From positions 7,745 through 71,744 of the forward strand of contig JAASSR010000001.1 of NCBI GenBank assembly GCA_021767785.1: a stretch of 64,000 nt of DNA. The letters run 5' to 3'. The position numbers were made by a program, and so were the translations under genes. Source of the DNA: Methanolobus sp. (GTDB taxonomy: Archaea > Halobacteriota > Methanosarcinia > Methanosarcinales > Methanosarcinaceae). The notes under the pieces were generated by a model. That model did no database searches. It saw nothing but the letters and a program-made list of their open reading frames with translations, and was not told where the DNA came from. This document shows, piece by piece, positions 1-9,629 of this stretch (position 1 is its first letter; every line of letters begins with the position of its first letter).

Positions 1-81
1 CTTTCAGTTGAACTGTTTACGTCAGGTACAAAAGAAAGGAACGGTAACAATATATACGGTTATTGCAAAGTAAGTGTTAAA

Positions 82-1377
82 ATGAGCCAAAGGTGGAATA
101 GGATGCCGTACATCGATGATGACAAAAGCTATAAGATAAAAAAGATTCACGCACGTGAGATTCTGGACTCCAGAGGAAATCCGACAGTCGAAGTAGATAT
201 CTATACTTCTTCAGGATTTGGCAGGGCAAGTGTTCCTTCAGGTGCTTCTACAGGCAGCAACGAAGCACTTGAGTTGCGCGATAAAGAAGACCGTTATGGA
301 GGAAAAGGTGTTCTTGATGCGGTTGACAATGTAAACACCATTATAGGGACCGAACTGCTTGGCATGGATGTCAGAAAACAGCGTGAGATCGATGGTCTTA
401 TGCTTGCCCTTGACGGCACAGAGAACAAGATGGAACTTGGTGCAAATTCTATTTTAGGTGTTTCCATGGCGGTGGCAAAAGCTGCTGCTGATTCCCTTAA
501 TATGCCACTGTATCGCTATCTTGGTGGTATCAATGCATATACACTTCCTGTTCCCACTATGAATGTCCTAAACGGAGGAAAGCATGCAGGTAACGCTCTT
601 TCCATTCAGGAGTTCATGATACAGCCAAAGGGTACCAGCTCCTATTCAGAAGCTCTTCGTATGGGTACGGAGACCTATCATGCACTTGGCAATATACTGG
701 AATCCAAATATGGTGGCTCAGCAACCAATGTAGGTTATGAAGGTGGGTACGCACCTTCAATTGAAATGACAAATGATGCCCTTGATGCGCTGGTAAGTGC
801 CATCGAAGAGGCAGGATACACAGAGAACGAGATCAGCATTGGTCTTGACGCGGCAGCATCAGAATTCTTTGATGGACATGATTATTCAATTGACGGGAAG
901 TTATTGAAACCTGCCGAACTTGTGGATTATTATCTTGAGCTTATAGAAACATATCCTGTGATCCTTATTGAAGATCCTTTCCATGAAGAATCTTTTGAGG
1001 ATTTCGTTACCCTGACAAACGATGCATGGGATACGTTAATTGTAGGTGATGACCTTTTTGTTACAAATGTGGACCGTCTGGTAAAGGGTGTTGAAATGGG
1101 CGCTGCAAATGCACTTCTTCTGAAAGTGAATCAGATAGGGTCCCTCTCTGAAGCATTCGATGCAGCTAATATGGCAAGTCATAATGGATATGGTGTGGTC
1201 GTGAGCCATCGTTCCGCTGAGACAGAAGACACTACCATTTCAGACATATCAGTTGCAATAGGCGCCGACCTTATCAAGACCGGAGCACCTGCAAGAAGTG
1301 AGCGTACTGCAAAATACAACCAGCTTCTCAGGATCGAAGAGGATCTGGGAGAAGCAGCACGTTACATGCAGATCTGA
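82..1377 (+). CDS. eno: Enolase (phosphopyruvate hydratase)
   Basis: 431-aa ORF with hallmark enolase blocks IHAREILDSRGNPTVEVD, SHRSAETEDTTISDISVA and KYNQLLRIEE; true start may be the second Met at 103. Confidence 0.95.
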   Translation: MSQRWNRMPYIDDDKSYKIKKIHAREILDSRGNPTVEVDIYTSSGFGRASVPSGASTGSNEALELRDKEDRYGGKGVLDAVDNVNTIIGTELLGMDVRKQREIDGLMLALDGTENKMELGANSILGVSMAVAKAAADSLNMPLYRYLGGINAYTLPVPTMNVLNGGKHAGNALSIQEFMIQPKGTSSYSEALRMGTETYHALGNILESKYGGSATNVGYEGGYAPSIEMTNDALDALVSAIEEAGYTENEISIGLDAAASEFFDGHDYSIDGKLLKPAELVDYYLELIETYPVILIEDPFHEESFEDFVTLTNDAWDTLIVGDDLFVTNVDRLVKGVEMGAANALLLKVNQIGSLSEAFDAANMASHNGYGVVVSHRSAETEDTTISDISVAIGADLIKTGAPARSERTAKYNQLLRIEEDLGEAARYMQI

Positions 1378-1413
1378 GCTGGGGATTCAGTTCAAACTTG
1401 CTATTTTTATTTT

Positions 1414-2619
1414 TCATTCAAGCAAAGGGACCGTCAGGCTTCCCTGGGGCAGAATGACCGCATAGGGTTCCTTTCCCTGTTCTTTTATTTTTTCAACAGC
1501 TTTATTGAAAGTTTCCTGTATATCTATGTAAGGTTCTAGTTTTGCCTTTTTGATGACACCAGGATCCAGGTCGGATACCGCCCACATTTCCGCATAGACA
1601 CCTATCTGCGCCATTTTAGCAGCTTTGTGGTATCCCAGCTTGTAACCTTCATTGATCCTGCACATAACATCCCGGGCTGTATTTGCGGAACTGAGCAGGT
1701 TCAGAAAAGTTTCATCTCCTACACCGTCACGACATTTTGAAACAAGGATGATAATCCCTCCGTCTTCCAGTGCAAGTTTGCCATTTTCAAGTGCTTTCTG
1801 GGACTGGTAAAGGTCTATGTCCATGGGATAAGGTGCAGCTGTGACCACTATGTTTCCCTTGCGGTTGTATTTTGAACAGAATACTTCATTTGCCTTTTCC
1901 ACTGCAATATCAAAGGATTCGAAAAGATCTCCGGCAACCGCAGCATACAGTCCGTGGTCAGCTGTAAGAACTGTTTGTATGGAATATATGTTAAGTTCCT
2001 TCAGCACTTTCATGGCATCTTCCATATCCTCCGCAACAGGATTTCCCTTGATAGCAAGAGGTTTCGCGTCATCAGAGAGTGCATGTTTGTGGTTCATTTC
2101 AATGGTCTTATATGCTGCCACTCCCGGAAGGAATGCTTTTCTACCGCCTGTGTAACCTGCAAAATAGTGCGGTTCAACGCTTCCGATAACAATGATATTT
2201 TTGTATTCGTTCACCATTTTGTTCAGGTACATTTCGGTGCCATTGCCTGAGATTCCAAGGTATTCCATATTTTCATCATTACGTGCATCATGAACACATA
2301 TTCTGTCTTTGAACTCATCATATATTTCCCTGAATATATATCTGAATTCTTCCTCAGTTGGTCTTCTGTGTGCACCGGTGGCAACGAGGAATTTCACATC
2401 TTCATGGCTTCTTAATAATTCACGCATTTTAAGGAGAATCTTTGCAGTTGGTGTGGGCCTGGTTGCATCATTCACAAGTATGAGCACTCTTTCACTATTT
2501 TTGAGAAATTCTTCCAGTGACTCTTTTCCCGGTTTTTTTTTAAGGGCTTTGTCGATGATATCATCTTCGTTCCCCACTTCTACAAAATTAGGTTCAATGA
2601 CCTCATGAGGTATTTCCAC
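1414..2619 (-). CDS. LarA-like (DUF2088) nickel-pincer-dependent racemase/epimerase family protein
   Basis: 401-aa ORF; LILVNDATRPTPT and ATGAHR motifs recall the LarA N-terminal domain; substrate cannot be inferred. Confidence 0.65.
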   Translation of the reverse strand: MEIPHEVIEPNFVEVGNEDDIIDKALKKKPGKESLEEFLKNSERVLILVNDATRPTPTAKILLKMRELLRSHEDVKFLVATGAHRRPTEEEFRYIFREIYDEFKDRICVHDARNDENMEYLGISGNGTEMYLNKMVNEYKNIIVIGSVEPHYFAGYTGGRKAFLPGVAAYKTIEMNHKHALSDDAKPLAIKGNPVAEDMEDAMKVLKELNIYSIQTVLTADHGLYAAVAGDLFESFDIAVEKANEVFCSKYNRKGNIVVTAAPYPMDIDLYQSQKALENGKLALEDGGIIILVSKCRDGVGDETFLNLLSSANTARDVMCRINEGYKLGYHKAAKMAQIGVYAEMWAVSDLDPGVIKKAKLEPYIDIQETFNKAVEKIKEQGKEPYAVILPQGSLTVPLLE

Positions 2620-2693
2620 TTCAAGGTCAATGAATTTGTTTCCATAAGGTATAGGTACTTTGATAAAAATCCCTCCGATTCCGGATATTTATA

Positions 2694-3422
2694 TTGATTA
2701 TCATAATGGGATCATTTATTTATAGCATTCTCTTCCCATATACAGGATATCCTGAATGCAATATTATTTCAGCGTATATAATACCAGGTGAAGAATTGAT
2801 CGAAACCACACAACTCATATATTTCATCGCAGCTTCAGTAGCTCTTACACTTCTTCCGGGTCCTGATATTCTTTTTGTGCTTACACAGAGCATATCTCAG
2901 GGAAAGAAGGCGGGTATGGCAATTGCATCCGGTCTTTGTACTGGTCTGCTGTTCCATACAACTGCAGCAGCATTAGGAGTATCTGCGATCCTTTACAGTT
3001 CAGCTGTGGCTTTTTCTTTTCTGAAATATGCAGGGGCGATCTATCTTCTCTATCTTGCCTATATGACAATAAAAGAAGAGGGGAAACTGGCATCACTGGA
3101 ATCTATGAGAGTTACAGAACTCTCTCTGCTTTACAGAAGGGGCATTTTTATGAATATACTTAATCCCAAAGTTTCTCTTTTCTTTCTTGCCTTCTTGCCC
3201 CAGTTTGTCGATGCAGGCTCAGGCAATGTTCCTCAACAGATGATATTCCTGGGTGCTGTATTCTTTTTGCAGGCTATGGTCATCTTCTTCATAGTATCGT
3301 ACTTTGCCGGTATGATAGGAATCAAGATAATGGAAAAGCCGGATCTGGATAGGAAGATAAACTGGGTTAAAGCTGGTATTTATTCGATAATAGGGATAGA
3401 ACTTGCACTCTCAAATAAATGA
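2694..3422 (+). CDS. LysE/RhtB family amino-acid exporter
   Basis: Polytopic membrane ORF with LLPGPDILFVLTQS motif; family length of about 205 aa suggests a real start at in-frame TTG 2796. Confidence 0.75.
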   Translation: MIIIMGSFIYSILFPYTGYPECNIISAYIIPGEELIETTQLIYFIAASVALTLLPGPDILFVLTQSISQGKKAGMAIASGLCTGLLFHTTAAALGVSAILYSSAVAFSFLKYAGAIYLLYLAYMTIKEEGKLASLESMRVTELSLLYRRGIFMNILNPKVSLFFLAFLPQFVDAGSGNVPQQMIFLGAVFFLQAMVIFFIVSYFAGMIGIKIMEKPDLDRKINWVKAGIYSIIGIELALSNK

Positions 3423-3494
3423 TCTGTCAATTCAACTTGTGTTCGGAATAGTTATATTCTAACAGTTAAATCCTTTCCTTAAAGGAATCATTAA

Positions 3495-4667
3495 ATGTTC
3501 GAGTTGAAAATAGCACTGAGACACATAAGCGCACGAAAGCGTCTTACTTTTTTTGCAGTATTTGCAGTAGCTCTGGCCATAGCTGTCATCGTAGTTCTCA
3601 TGTCAATGATGAGCGGATTTACTGAAGAACTCATTGATTCCACGGTGGAGAATTCACCTCATATAGTTATCAGTTCTTCCGATCAGCAAGAGGATTATGT
3701 TCATTTCTACAATTATTACTCACGGCAAATAGCAACAATAAATGGTGTGGAGGCAGTATCTCCCGTATTTGTGGGTCAGGCTGCCATAAGTCACAAGGAC
3801 AATGCGGAAGGAGTTAATCTGAACGGTATTGATCCCGTCTCAGAAGATAATGTGATGCGTATATCCGATGACATTGTTTCAGGAAACCTGTTCGATCTTG
3901 GAAGAAGCAACAATGGTATTGTTATCGGTGATAAACTTGCAGAAGATCTTGAAGTTGCGAAGGGGGAGAACGTTGATGTAGTTATGCCTGGTTTCGGTTC
4001 AAGGTCATTCAAGGTGATAGCCGTATTCGACAGTGGAACCTCCAGTGATGAAAGTGTTGCTTACATACGCTTTGATTCGGCTCTGAATTTCTTTGAGGAG
4101 AACGGAGTTGCCAGTAAGATCAATGTAAGAGTGGCGGATCCTTTCCAGGCAGATGCTATTGCCACTTCCCTGGAGCAGCAGGATACAGGACTTGACGCTG
4201 TAAGCTGGATAGAGACTAACAGCGAGATACTTGATCTTATCAACACTCAGGTTGTTATAGTCTGGCTTTATTACGGTCTTATATACATGATAGCAGGTTT
4301 TGGAATTGCCAATACCCTTTTCACGGTTGTCATGGACAAGAAAAAAGAAATTGGTATGCTTATGGCCATGGGTGCTTCCAGGCACAACATCACAATGATA
4401 TTCCTGTTCGAATCACTTATTCTCGGAACCATGGGTGTTCTTCTTGGTTGTCTGCTGGGGTATGTTGCATCCACAGGGCTTGCTTCTTATCAGATAGACC
4501 TGCCTGCAGAAATGTATTTCGGGCTCACAACGCTTCCTCTTAAGACCGATCTTATGAACTATGTCTATGCAATCATATTCTCATTCCTTATCAATGTAGT
4601 TGCAGGTGTTTATCCTGCAAGAAAGGCAGCCAAGCTTGATCCTGTGGAAGCCATAGAAAGTGCATGA
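3495..4667 (+). CDS. ABC transporter permease, FtsX family (LolC/E-like)
   Basis: 390 aa; ALRHISARKR plus N-terminal TM, large extracytoplasmic domain, C-terminal 3-TM bundle with GMLMAMGASR and YPARKAAKLDPVEAI. Confidence 0.85.
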   Translation: MFELKIALRHISARKRLTFFAVFAVALAIAVIVVLMSMMSGFTEELIDSTVENSPHIVISSSDQQEDYVHFYNYYSRQIATINGVEAVSPVFVGQAAISHKDNAEGVNLNGIDPVSEDNVMRISDDIVSGNLFDLGRSNNGIVIGDKLAEDLEVAKGENVDVVMPGFGSRSFKVIAVFDSGTSSDESVAYIRFDSALNFFEENGVASKINVRVADPFQADAIATSLEQQDTGLDAVSWIETNSEILDLINTQVVIVWLYYGLIYMIAGFGIANTLFTVVMDKKKEIGMLMAMGASRHNITMIFLFESLILGTMGVLLGCLLGYVASTGLASYQIDLPAEMYFGLTTLPLKTDLMNYVYAIIFSFLINVVAGVYPARKAAKLDPVEAIESA

Positions 4668-4902
4668 TAATTTTGTGGCTATAAGCTTTATTTTTTAAAC
4701 TCCGTTCTGTCTAATTAAAAGAAGGATGTTTGTTCGTATGTATGCGAAAAGTATTTATTCTCTGAAGTAGTTTGTATGTTTGCGAACGGGTCTGTTACTT
4801 AGTACCTCTCCAATACACTCCAATGTCACCATACCTGTGCATTCACCCCTTTGCCCGTTCGCATCCCCTATGTTTTTTATAAAAGCGTCCTAATTAAGGT
4901 GC

Positions 4903-5319
4903 ATGAAGATTGTCATTGAGACACCTAAGTATAGTTTTTTTAAATATCAAAGTCAAGGTTCTTTTTTTGTAAAGGAATTTCTCTCTCCTATACCAACTAT
5001 ATTCAATTACGGTTTTATTGCAGGAAGTCTTGCAGAAGATGGCATGGAAAAAGACATAGTTGTCATAGGTGACCGTATGCCTCAGGGTTCTGTTCTTGAA
5101 TTATCGAAAACTGACGGTATTGTGAAGTTCATAGATGACTCCATAGAAGACAACAAGGAAATAATTTGTCTGGGTGGTTATTACTCAAAATCTCTTTTTT
5201 ACTTCTATTTCCATATATATGCCATGTTCAAGATAATGTATTATCTGATTCTCAAAAGAAAATTAGCATACTGCAGATTTCTGGGTATATCATGGTATAT
5301 TGATCAAGTCCCGGAGTAA
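4903..5319 (+). CDS. Divergent, shortened family-I inorganic pyrophosphatase-like protein
   Basis: 138 aa; MKIVIETPKYS..KY, NYGFIAGSLAEDG..DIVVIG and KFIDDSIEDNKEI align with PPase blocks, but several acidic ligands are substituted and the C-terminus is short and hydrophobic. Confidence 0.45.
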   Translation: MKIVIETPKYSFFKYQSQGSFFVKEFLSPIPTIFNYGFIAGSLAEDGMEKDIVVIGDRMPQGSVLELSKTDGIVKFIDDSIEDNKEIICLGGYYSKSLFYFYFHIYAMFKIMYYLILKRKLAYCRFLGISWYIDQVPE

Positions 5320-5361
5320 AAGCTTGGAATTGATCCAAATGTTTTTTTCTTTCGAAGAGTC

Positions 5362-6528
5362 TCACCTTGTGGATATTGCTTCCACGGGATCAAGGCCTGC
5401 AGCTCTTTGTGCCGGATATATTCCTGCAATGAGGTTTAACAAAAAGACTATTGTTATTATTGCCATTACATCTTTAACTCTAACGAGCACGGGGATTGCC
5501 TCAAGACCATAAATATCTTCCGGAAGTGGGTAACTACCTATTGATAATGCCAGAGCAACACCTGCAGCAGTTCCAAAAACTGCTCCTGCAAGACCAAGAA
5601 TGCCACTTTCAACAAGAAAAATGAACCTGATATTGGATTTTGTAGCACCCATTGCAAGCAGAATTCCTATCTCTTTTACTTTTCCCATTACCACCATGTT
5701 CAATGTACTCACCACACCGAAAGATGCAATAAGAAGTATGAATCCAAGTGTTACATTGTTCGATACAGTTTCAATGGCAATAGTCCTCAATATTTCAGGA
5801 TTGTTCTCTGTCCAACCCGCAGCGTTATAACCATTGTCTTCTATTATCTGTGCGATCTCTCTGTCCCTGTTAAAATCATCTATTCTCAGTGATATGCCAT
5901 TTATGACATCTTCGGTATCATAGAAATCCTGTGCAGTGCTAAGTGATACATATGTGAGACTTTCATCAAGTGGTGTTCCGGTATCATATATTGCTATGAC
6001 TTTCAATGAAACAGGATTAGCATTCGGGAAGGAGACCTCCACATTGTCTCCTATCTCAAGCTCCATATCTTCTGCAAACTTATCCCCTACAATGATACTT
6101 CTCTCTGAATATGTTAGTCCGTTATAGTCACCTTTTATAATATCTTTTTCAGTATGAGCAACAGCGTCTTCCTGTTGGGGAATTATTCCCTTGATAACTG
6201 CGTTTTTCGTATTATCCCTGAATTTGAACGAAGCTTCTCCGGTCAGGTAAGGAGATGATGCAATAACGCCGTCTATATTATTTATTTTGTTGACGATATT
6301 CTTGTAGAGATGTATGTACTCTTCACCTTCCTGTGGTGAAACCACAACATGAGGTAGATTATCCACGGTTTTATCATAAAGTTCCTGTGTGAATCCTGCC
6401 ATAAAGGATTGGGATACCATCAGTATCATAACAGCTATTCCGATGGCTGCGATCGAGAGAATTGTCTGTCTTTTTCTTGCTTTTATATGACGCAGTGCAA
6501 TGAATAATTCATATCGCATCGATGACAC
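5362..6528 (-). CDS. ABC transporter permease, FtsX family (LolC/E-like)
   Basis: 388 aa; ALRHIKARKRQT plus TM, extracytoplasmic domain, GILLAMGATKSNI and YPAQRAAGLDPVEAI C-terminal signature. Confidence 0.85.
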   Translation of the reverse strand: MSSMRYELFIALRHIKARKRQTILSIAAIGIAVMILMVSQSFMAGFTQELYDKTVDNLPHVVVSPQEGEEYIHLYKNIVNKINNIDGVIASSPYLTGEASFKFRDNTKNAVIKGIIPQQEDAVAHTEKDIIKGDYNGLTYSERSIIVGDKFAEDMELEIGDNVEVSFPNANPVSLKVIAIYDTGTPLDESLTYVSLSTAQDFYDTEDVINGISLRIDDFNRDREIAQIIEDNGYNAAGWTENNPEILRTIAIETVSNNVTLGFILLIASFGVVSTLNMVVMGKVKEIGILLAMGATKSNIRFIFLVESGILGLAGAVFGTAAGVALALSIGSYPLPEDIYGLEAIPVLVRVKDVMAIITIVFLLNLIAGIYPAQRAAGLDPVEAISTR

Positions 6529-6537
6529 CTTTCAGTG

Positions 6538-7644
6538 TTATTTCTGCCTGAACACCATTGCAGTAATTAGAATTATCATCAGGGCAACAGAGAACAGGAA
6601 TCCAGGCGTTTGCTCTGTGTTCTGGGTATCTGGAGTACCTGTCTGGTTGACGGATGGTTCGTAATCTGATTCTATAATGCTTTCTTCTATATCCAGTACA
6701 TCTCCGTCGTTCCCTATTACTTCGATCACAAGCCCGTATTCACCGGTGGTTAGACGTTTGTCCCATATGGTTTCAACGGTTTCATCATCCCCGTTAAGGA
6801 TTACTGGTGAATTCTCAGTAACGGATTCGATGATGGTTTCTTCGTTTCCTTCCAATTTTGAAACTGTGAATCTGACAGAACCTTTGAATGGCACCTGGGA
6901 TATACCGTCAACAGTAGCACTTGCCCCTATGTCATCTTCGTAGGTATCACTGATAAATACATCATCCTGTGCAGTGAAATCTTCTGTCAGTGCGATATAG
7001 TTAACAGATGGAGAATACAGTTTGACCTTTATCCGTGCACTGTAATCTTTGTTATTTTCAAGGAGTACGTTCCAGTCTTCGCTTATTTCCACAGGTTGCG
7101 TGTGTACTGAGATTTTCTTATCAATTCCTGAATAAATAACATCTGATCCTTCAAGGAGCATGTATTCCAGATCAACAAGTACTGCTTCCTGTGGTGTTAT
7201 CATTACACTGAAACCCTGTGAGTTCGATACGAGATCATGGACTTTTACTCTGGGTATAATCTGCCTTCCATTAACGAAATTGTATGTGTTTTCATAAATG
7301 ACACAATTATTTTTAGAGATCAGACTATTGATGGTATATTTTCCATCCCCTTTGTCATCAGTGTCCCATCTGAATGCTTTGGTTATATCTGCATCCGGCT
7401 GTATGTTCTCTATTAAAAAAGTTCTGGTGTCCAGTATATTGCTTTCATGTTCCAGTTCCATCCTCAGTTCCAGCCCTGTAACTTCCTCCGGGCTGTGTAA
7501 AGTAATGTCACATGTCTTAAGGTCAGAGTAAATATCTGCAATACTGACATCATAAGCATCGGGTGAACAATCAAGTGCATAAGAAGGAACTGTGAGTGAA
7601 ATTATCAGTATAGTAATTGTCAGGGACAAAAAAGCGGATCTCAT
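6538..7644 (-). CDS. Secreted acidic surface protein with PGF-CTERM-type sorting signal
   Basis: Signal peptide MRSAFLSLTITILIISLTVPSYA; Thr/Pro/Gln-rich linker followed by PGFLFSVALMIILITAMVFRQK at the C-terminus. Confidence 0.6.
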   Translation of the reverse strand: MRSAFLSLTITILIISLTVPSYALDCSPDAYDVSIADIYSDLKTCDITLHSPEEVTGLELRMELEHESNILDTRTFLIENIQPDADITKAFRWDTDDKGDGKYTINSLISKNNCVIYENTYNFVNGRQIIPRVKVHDLVSNSQGFSVMITPQEAVLVDLEYMLLEGSDVIYSGIDKKISVHTQPVEISEDWNVLLENNKDYSARIKVKLYSPSVNYIALTEDFTAQDDVFISDTYEDDIGASATVDGISQVPFKGSVRFTVSKLEGNEETIIESVTENSPVILNGDDETVETIWDKRLTTGEYGLVIEVIGNDGDVLDIEESIIESDYEPSVNQTGTPDTQNTEQTPGFLFSVALMIILITAMVFRQK

Positions 7645-7734
7645 ATCATGGCTCCTGTATTTAAATTAAATTATTTTTGATACTATTTATAGCAATCTGT
7701 GAAACAATATATTTATGAATCCGACAGTTTTGCA

Positions 7735-8922
7735 TCATTCATACCTGAGCGCATCCAGGGGTTTCATTCTTGAAGCCTTCCATGCAGGGTACATCCCTCC
7801 AATGAGGCTTGTTGCAATACCAAAGAAAAAGCCTTCCATCACATAGAACATACTGGAAAGTGTAAGGAGATATGAGGCGTTCTTAAAGACCAGAGCCATA
7901 ATGATATACCCCCCTCCAAGAGTCAGTAGTGCTCCTGCACTGCTGGCTATAAGTCCCAGGAACAATGCCTCGAGCAGGAACATTTTCAATATATCCTTTC
8001 TGGAAGCGCCAACGGCTTTCATGATACCTATCTCTTTTGTACGTTCCATTGTGGACATGAGCATTACATTGAGTATGCTCACACCTGCAACGAGCAATGA
8101 TATGGAACCTATTCCCATTAAGAAGAGCGAAATGGAACCGAACACCTGATCCAGATTTTCAGTAATTGAGTTTGTGGCAAAGACGGTAACAAGTTCCTCT
8201 TTTTTGTTTATGCGCTCCTCTATCTCATCTGCAGTAGAATCTATCTCATCTATATCTTTAACAACCACAATTACCTGATCATAACCTTCATCAGCATCAG
8301 GATATAGCTTCTCATACATTTCTGATGAAGTAAAAACTCCACTGTCGGTATTAATATCAAATCCAAGCCCTCTCTCTTTGAGTATACCGACCACTCTCAG
8401 CTTTGTTTCATCTATCTCGATTTTCTTGCCGGTTGCAAGCTCAAGATTTTCCGCAACACTTGAACCCACCACGCAATCAGTGGAGCCGGGTTTGAAAAAA
8501 CGTCCGTCTTCAAGCTCCACAAGCTTTTCAAGCCCTTCTTTTTCAATATCATAGACCGAAATATATGACTGGACCTCAGCTCCGCTCTTCCTGTATTCTA
8601 TTATCTCGCCACTGGATGATACCGGAATTATGCTTTCTATATTCCCTACCTTTTCCATCTGATCTATCTGTCTGTGGGTTATGGAATCTTCCCCCGGCGC
8701 AGGAGATACTATGAGCTTGTCTCCTATATCTGCAAAGGAATCGGTGACTGACAGTTTCAGGCTGTTACCCAAAATTCCCATGGATGATATGGCAATAACT
8801 CCAATGATGATTCCAATAGCTGCAAGTATGGTGCGGATGGACTGTCTTTTCAGGTTTCTTTTTGCCAGCTCGGCATACATATTGTTGCTGAGCATTGAGA
8901 TGATCTCTTCTGTAATATTCAT
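7735..8922 (-). CDS. ABC transporter permease, FtsX/MacB type
   Basis: 395 aa; one N-terminal TM, about 230-aa external domain, GIMKAVGASRKDI and YPAWKASRMKPLDALRYE; 4-nt overlap with the upstream ATPase gene. Confidence 0.85.
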   Translation of the reverse strand: MNITEEIISMLSNNMYAELAKRNLKRQSIRTILAAIGIIIGVIAISSMGILGNSLKLSVTDSFADIGDKLIVSPAPGEDSITHRQIDQMEKVGNIESIIPVSSSGEIIEYRKSGAEVQSYISVYDIEKEGLEKLVELEDGRFFKPGSTDCVVGSSVAENLELATGKKIEIDETKLRVVGILKERGLGFDINTDSGVFTSSEMYEKLYPDADEGYDQVIVVVKDIDEIDSTADEIEERINKKEELVTVFATNSITENLDQVFGSISLFLMGIGSISLLVAGVSILNVMLMSTMERTKEIGIMKAVGASRKDILKMFLLEALFLGLIASSAGALLTLGGGYIIMALVFKNASYLLTLSSMFYVMEGFFFGIATSLIGGMYPAWKASRMKPLDALRYE

Positions 8923-9629
8923 CCGATGATCTCCCCGTCCTGTATCCTGATAGTCGTATGAGAATAATTTTCCAGCTCAGGATCGTGTGTTACAACTATC
9001 ACGGTTGTACCGGAAGAATTCAATTCTTCGAGCAGTTTCATGATGTTATGTCCTGTCTTCGTGTCCAGATTTCCTGTTGGTTCGTCAGCAAGCAGAATCG
9101 GTGGCCGGTTTGCCAGTGCCCTTGCAATTGCAACCCTCTGTTGCTGACCCCCTGACATCTCATTGGGTTTGTGACGTGCATATTCAAGTGGCAGGTCGGC
9201 TTTTTTAAGCATCATAAGAGCTTTTTTCCTTCTCTTACGTGGAGATTCCCCGTTGAATATCATGGGTATTTCAACGTTTTCGATTGCTGTAAGAGTTGGT
9301 ATCAGGTTGAACTGCTGGAAAATAAAACCTATATTGTTCCTTCTTATAGCTGTAAGGCCATCGTCATCCAGTTTTGACAGATCGACATTGTTTACTTTTA
9401 CCCTACCGGATGTGGGCAGGTCAAGGCATCCTATCATATTCAAAAGGGTACTCTTTCCGGAACCGGATGATCCCATTATGGTAACAAAATCTCCTTCTTT
9501 AATTGCAATGCTTACTCCTTTAAGTGCATAGATCCTGTTTTTTCCGAGAGTATATATGCGACTAACATCCTGCAACTGTACAATAGGATGCGTTGAACGT
9601 TGAGATTCTGGCATGTAAGCACCGTTCAT
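8919..9629 (-). CDS. ABC transporter ATP-binding protein (MacB/LolD/FtsE clade)
   Basis: Walker A GSSGSGKST, signature MSGGQQQRVAIARAL, Walker [14 protein letters not shown]-loop VTHD. Confidence 0.9.
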   Translation of the reverse strand: MNGAYMPESQRSTHPIVQLQDVSRIYTLGKNRIYALKGVSIAIKEGDFVTIMGSSGSGKSTLLNMIGCLDLPTSGRVKVNNVDLSKLDDDGLTAIRRNNIGFIFQQFNLIPTLTAIENVEIPMIFNGESPRKRRKKALMMLKKADLPLEYARHKPNEMSGGQQQRVAIARALANRPPILLADEPTGNLDTKTGHNIMKLLEELNSSGTTVIVVTHDPELENYSHTTIRIQDGEIIG

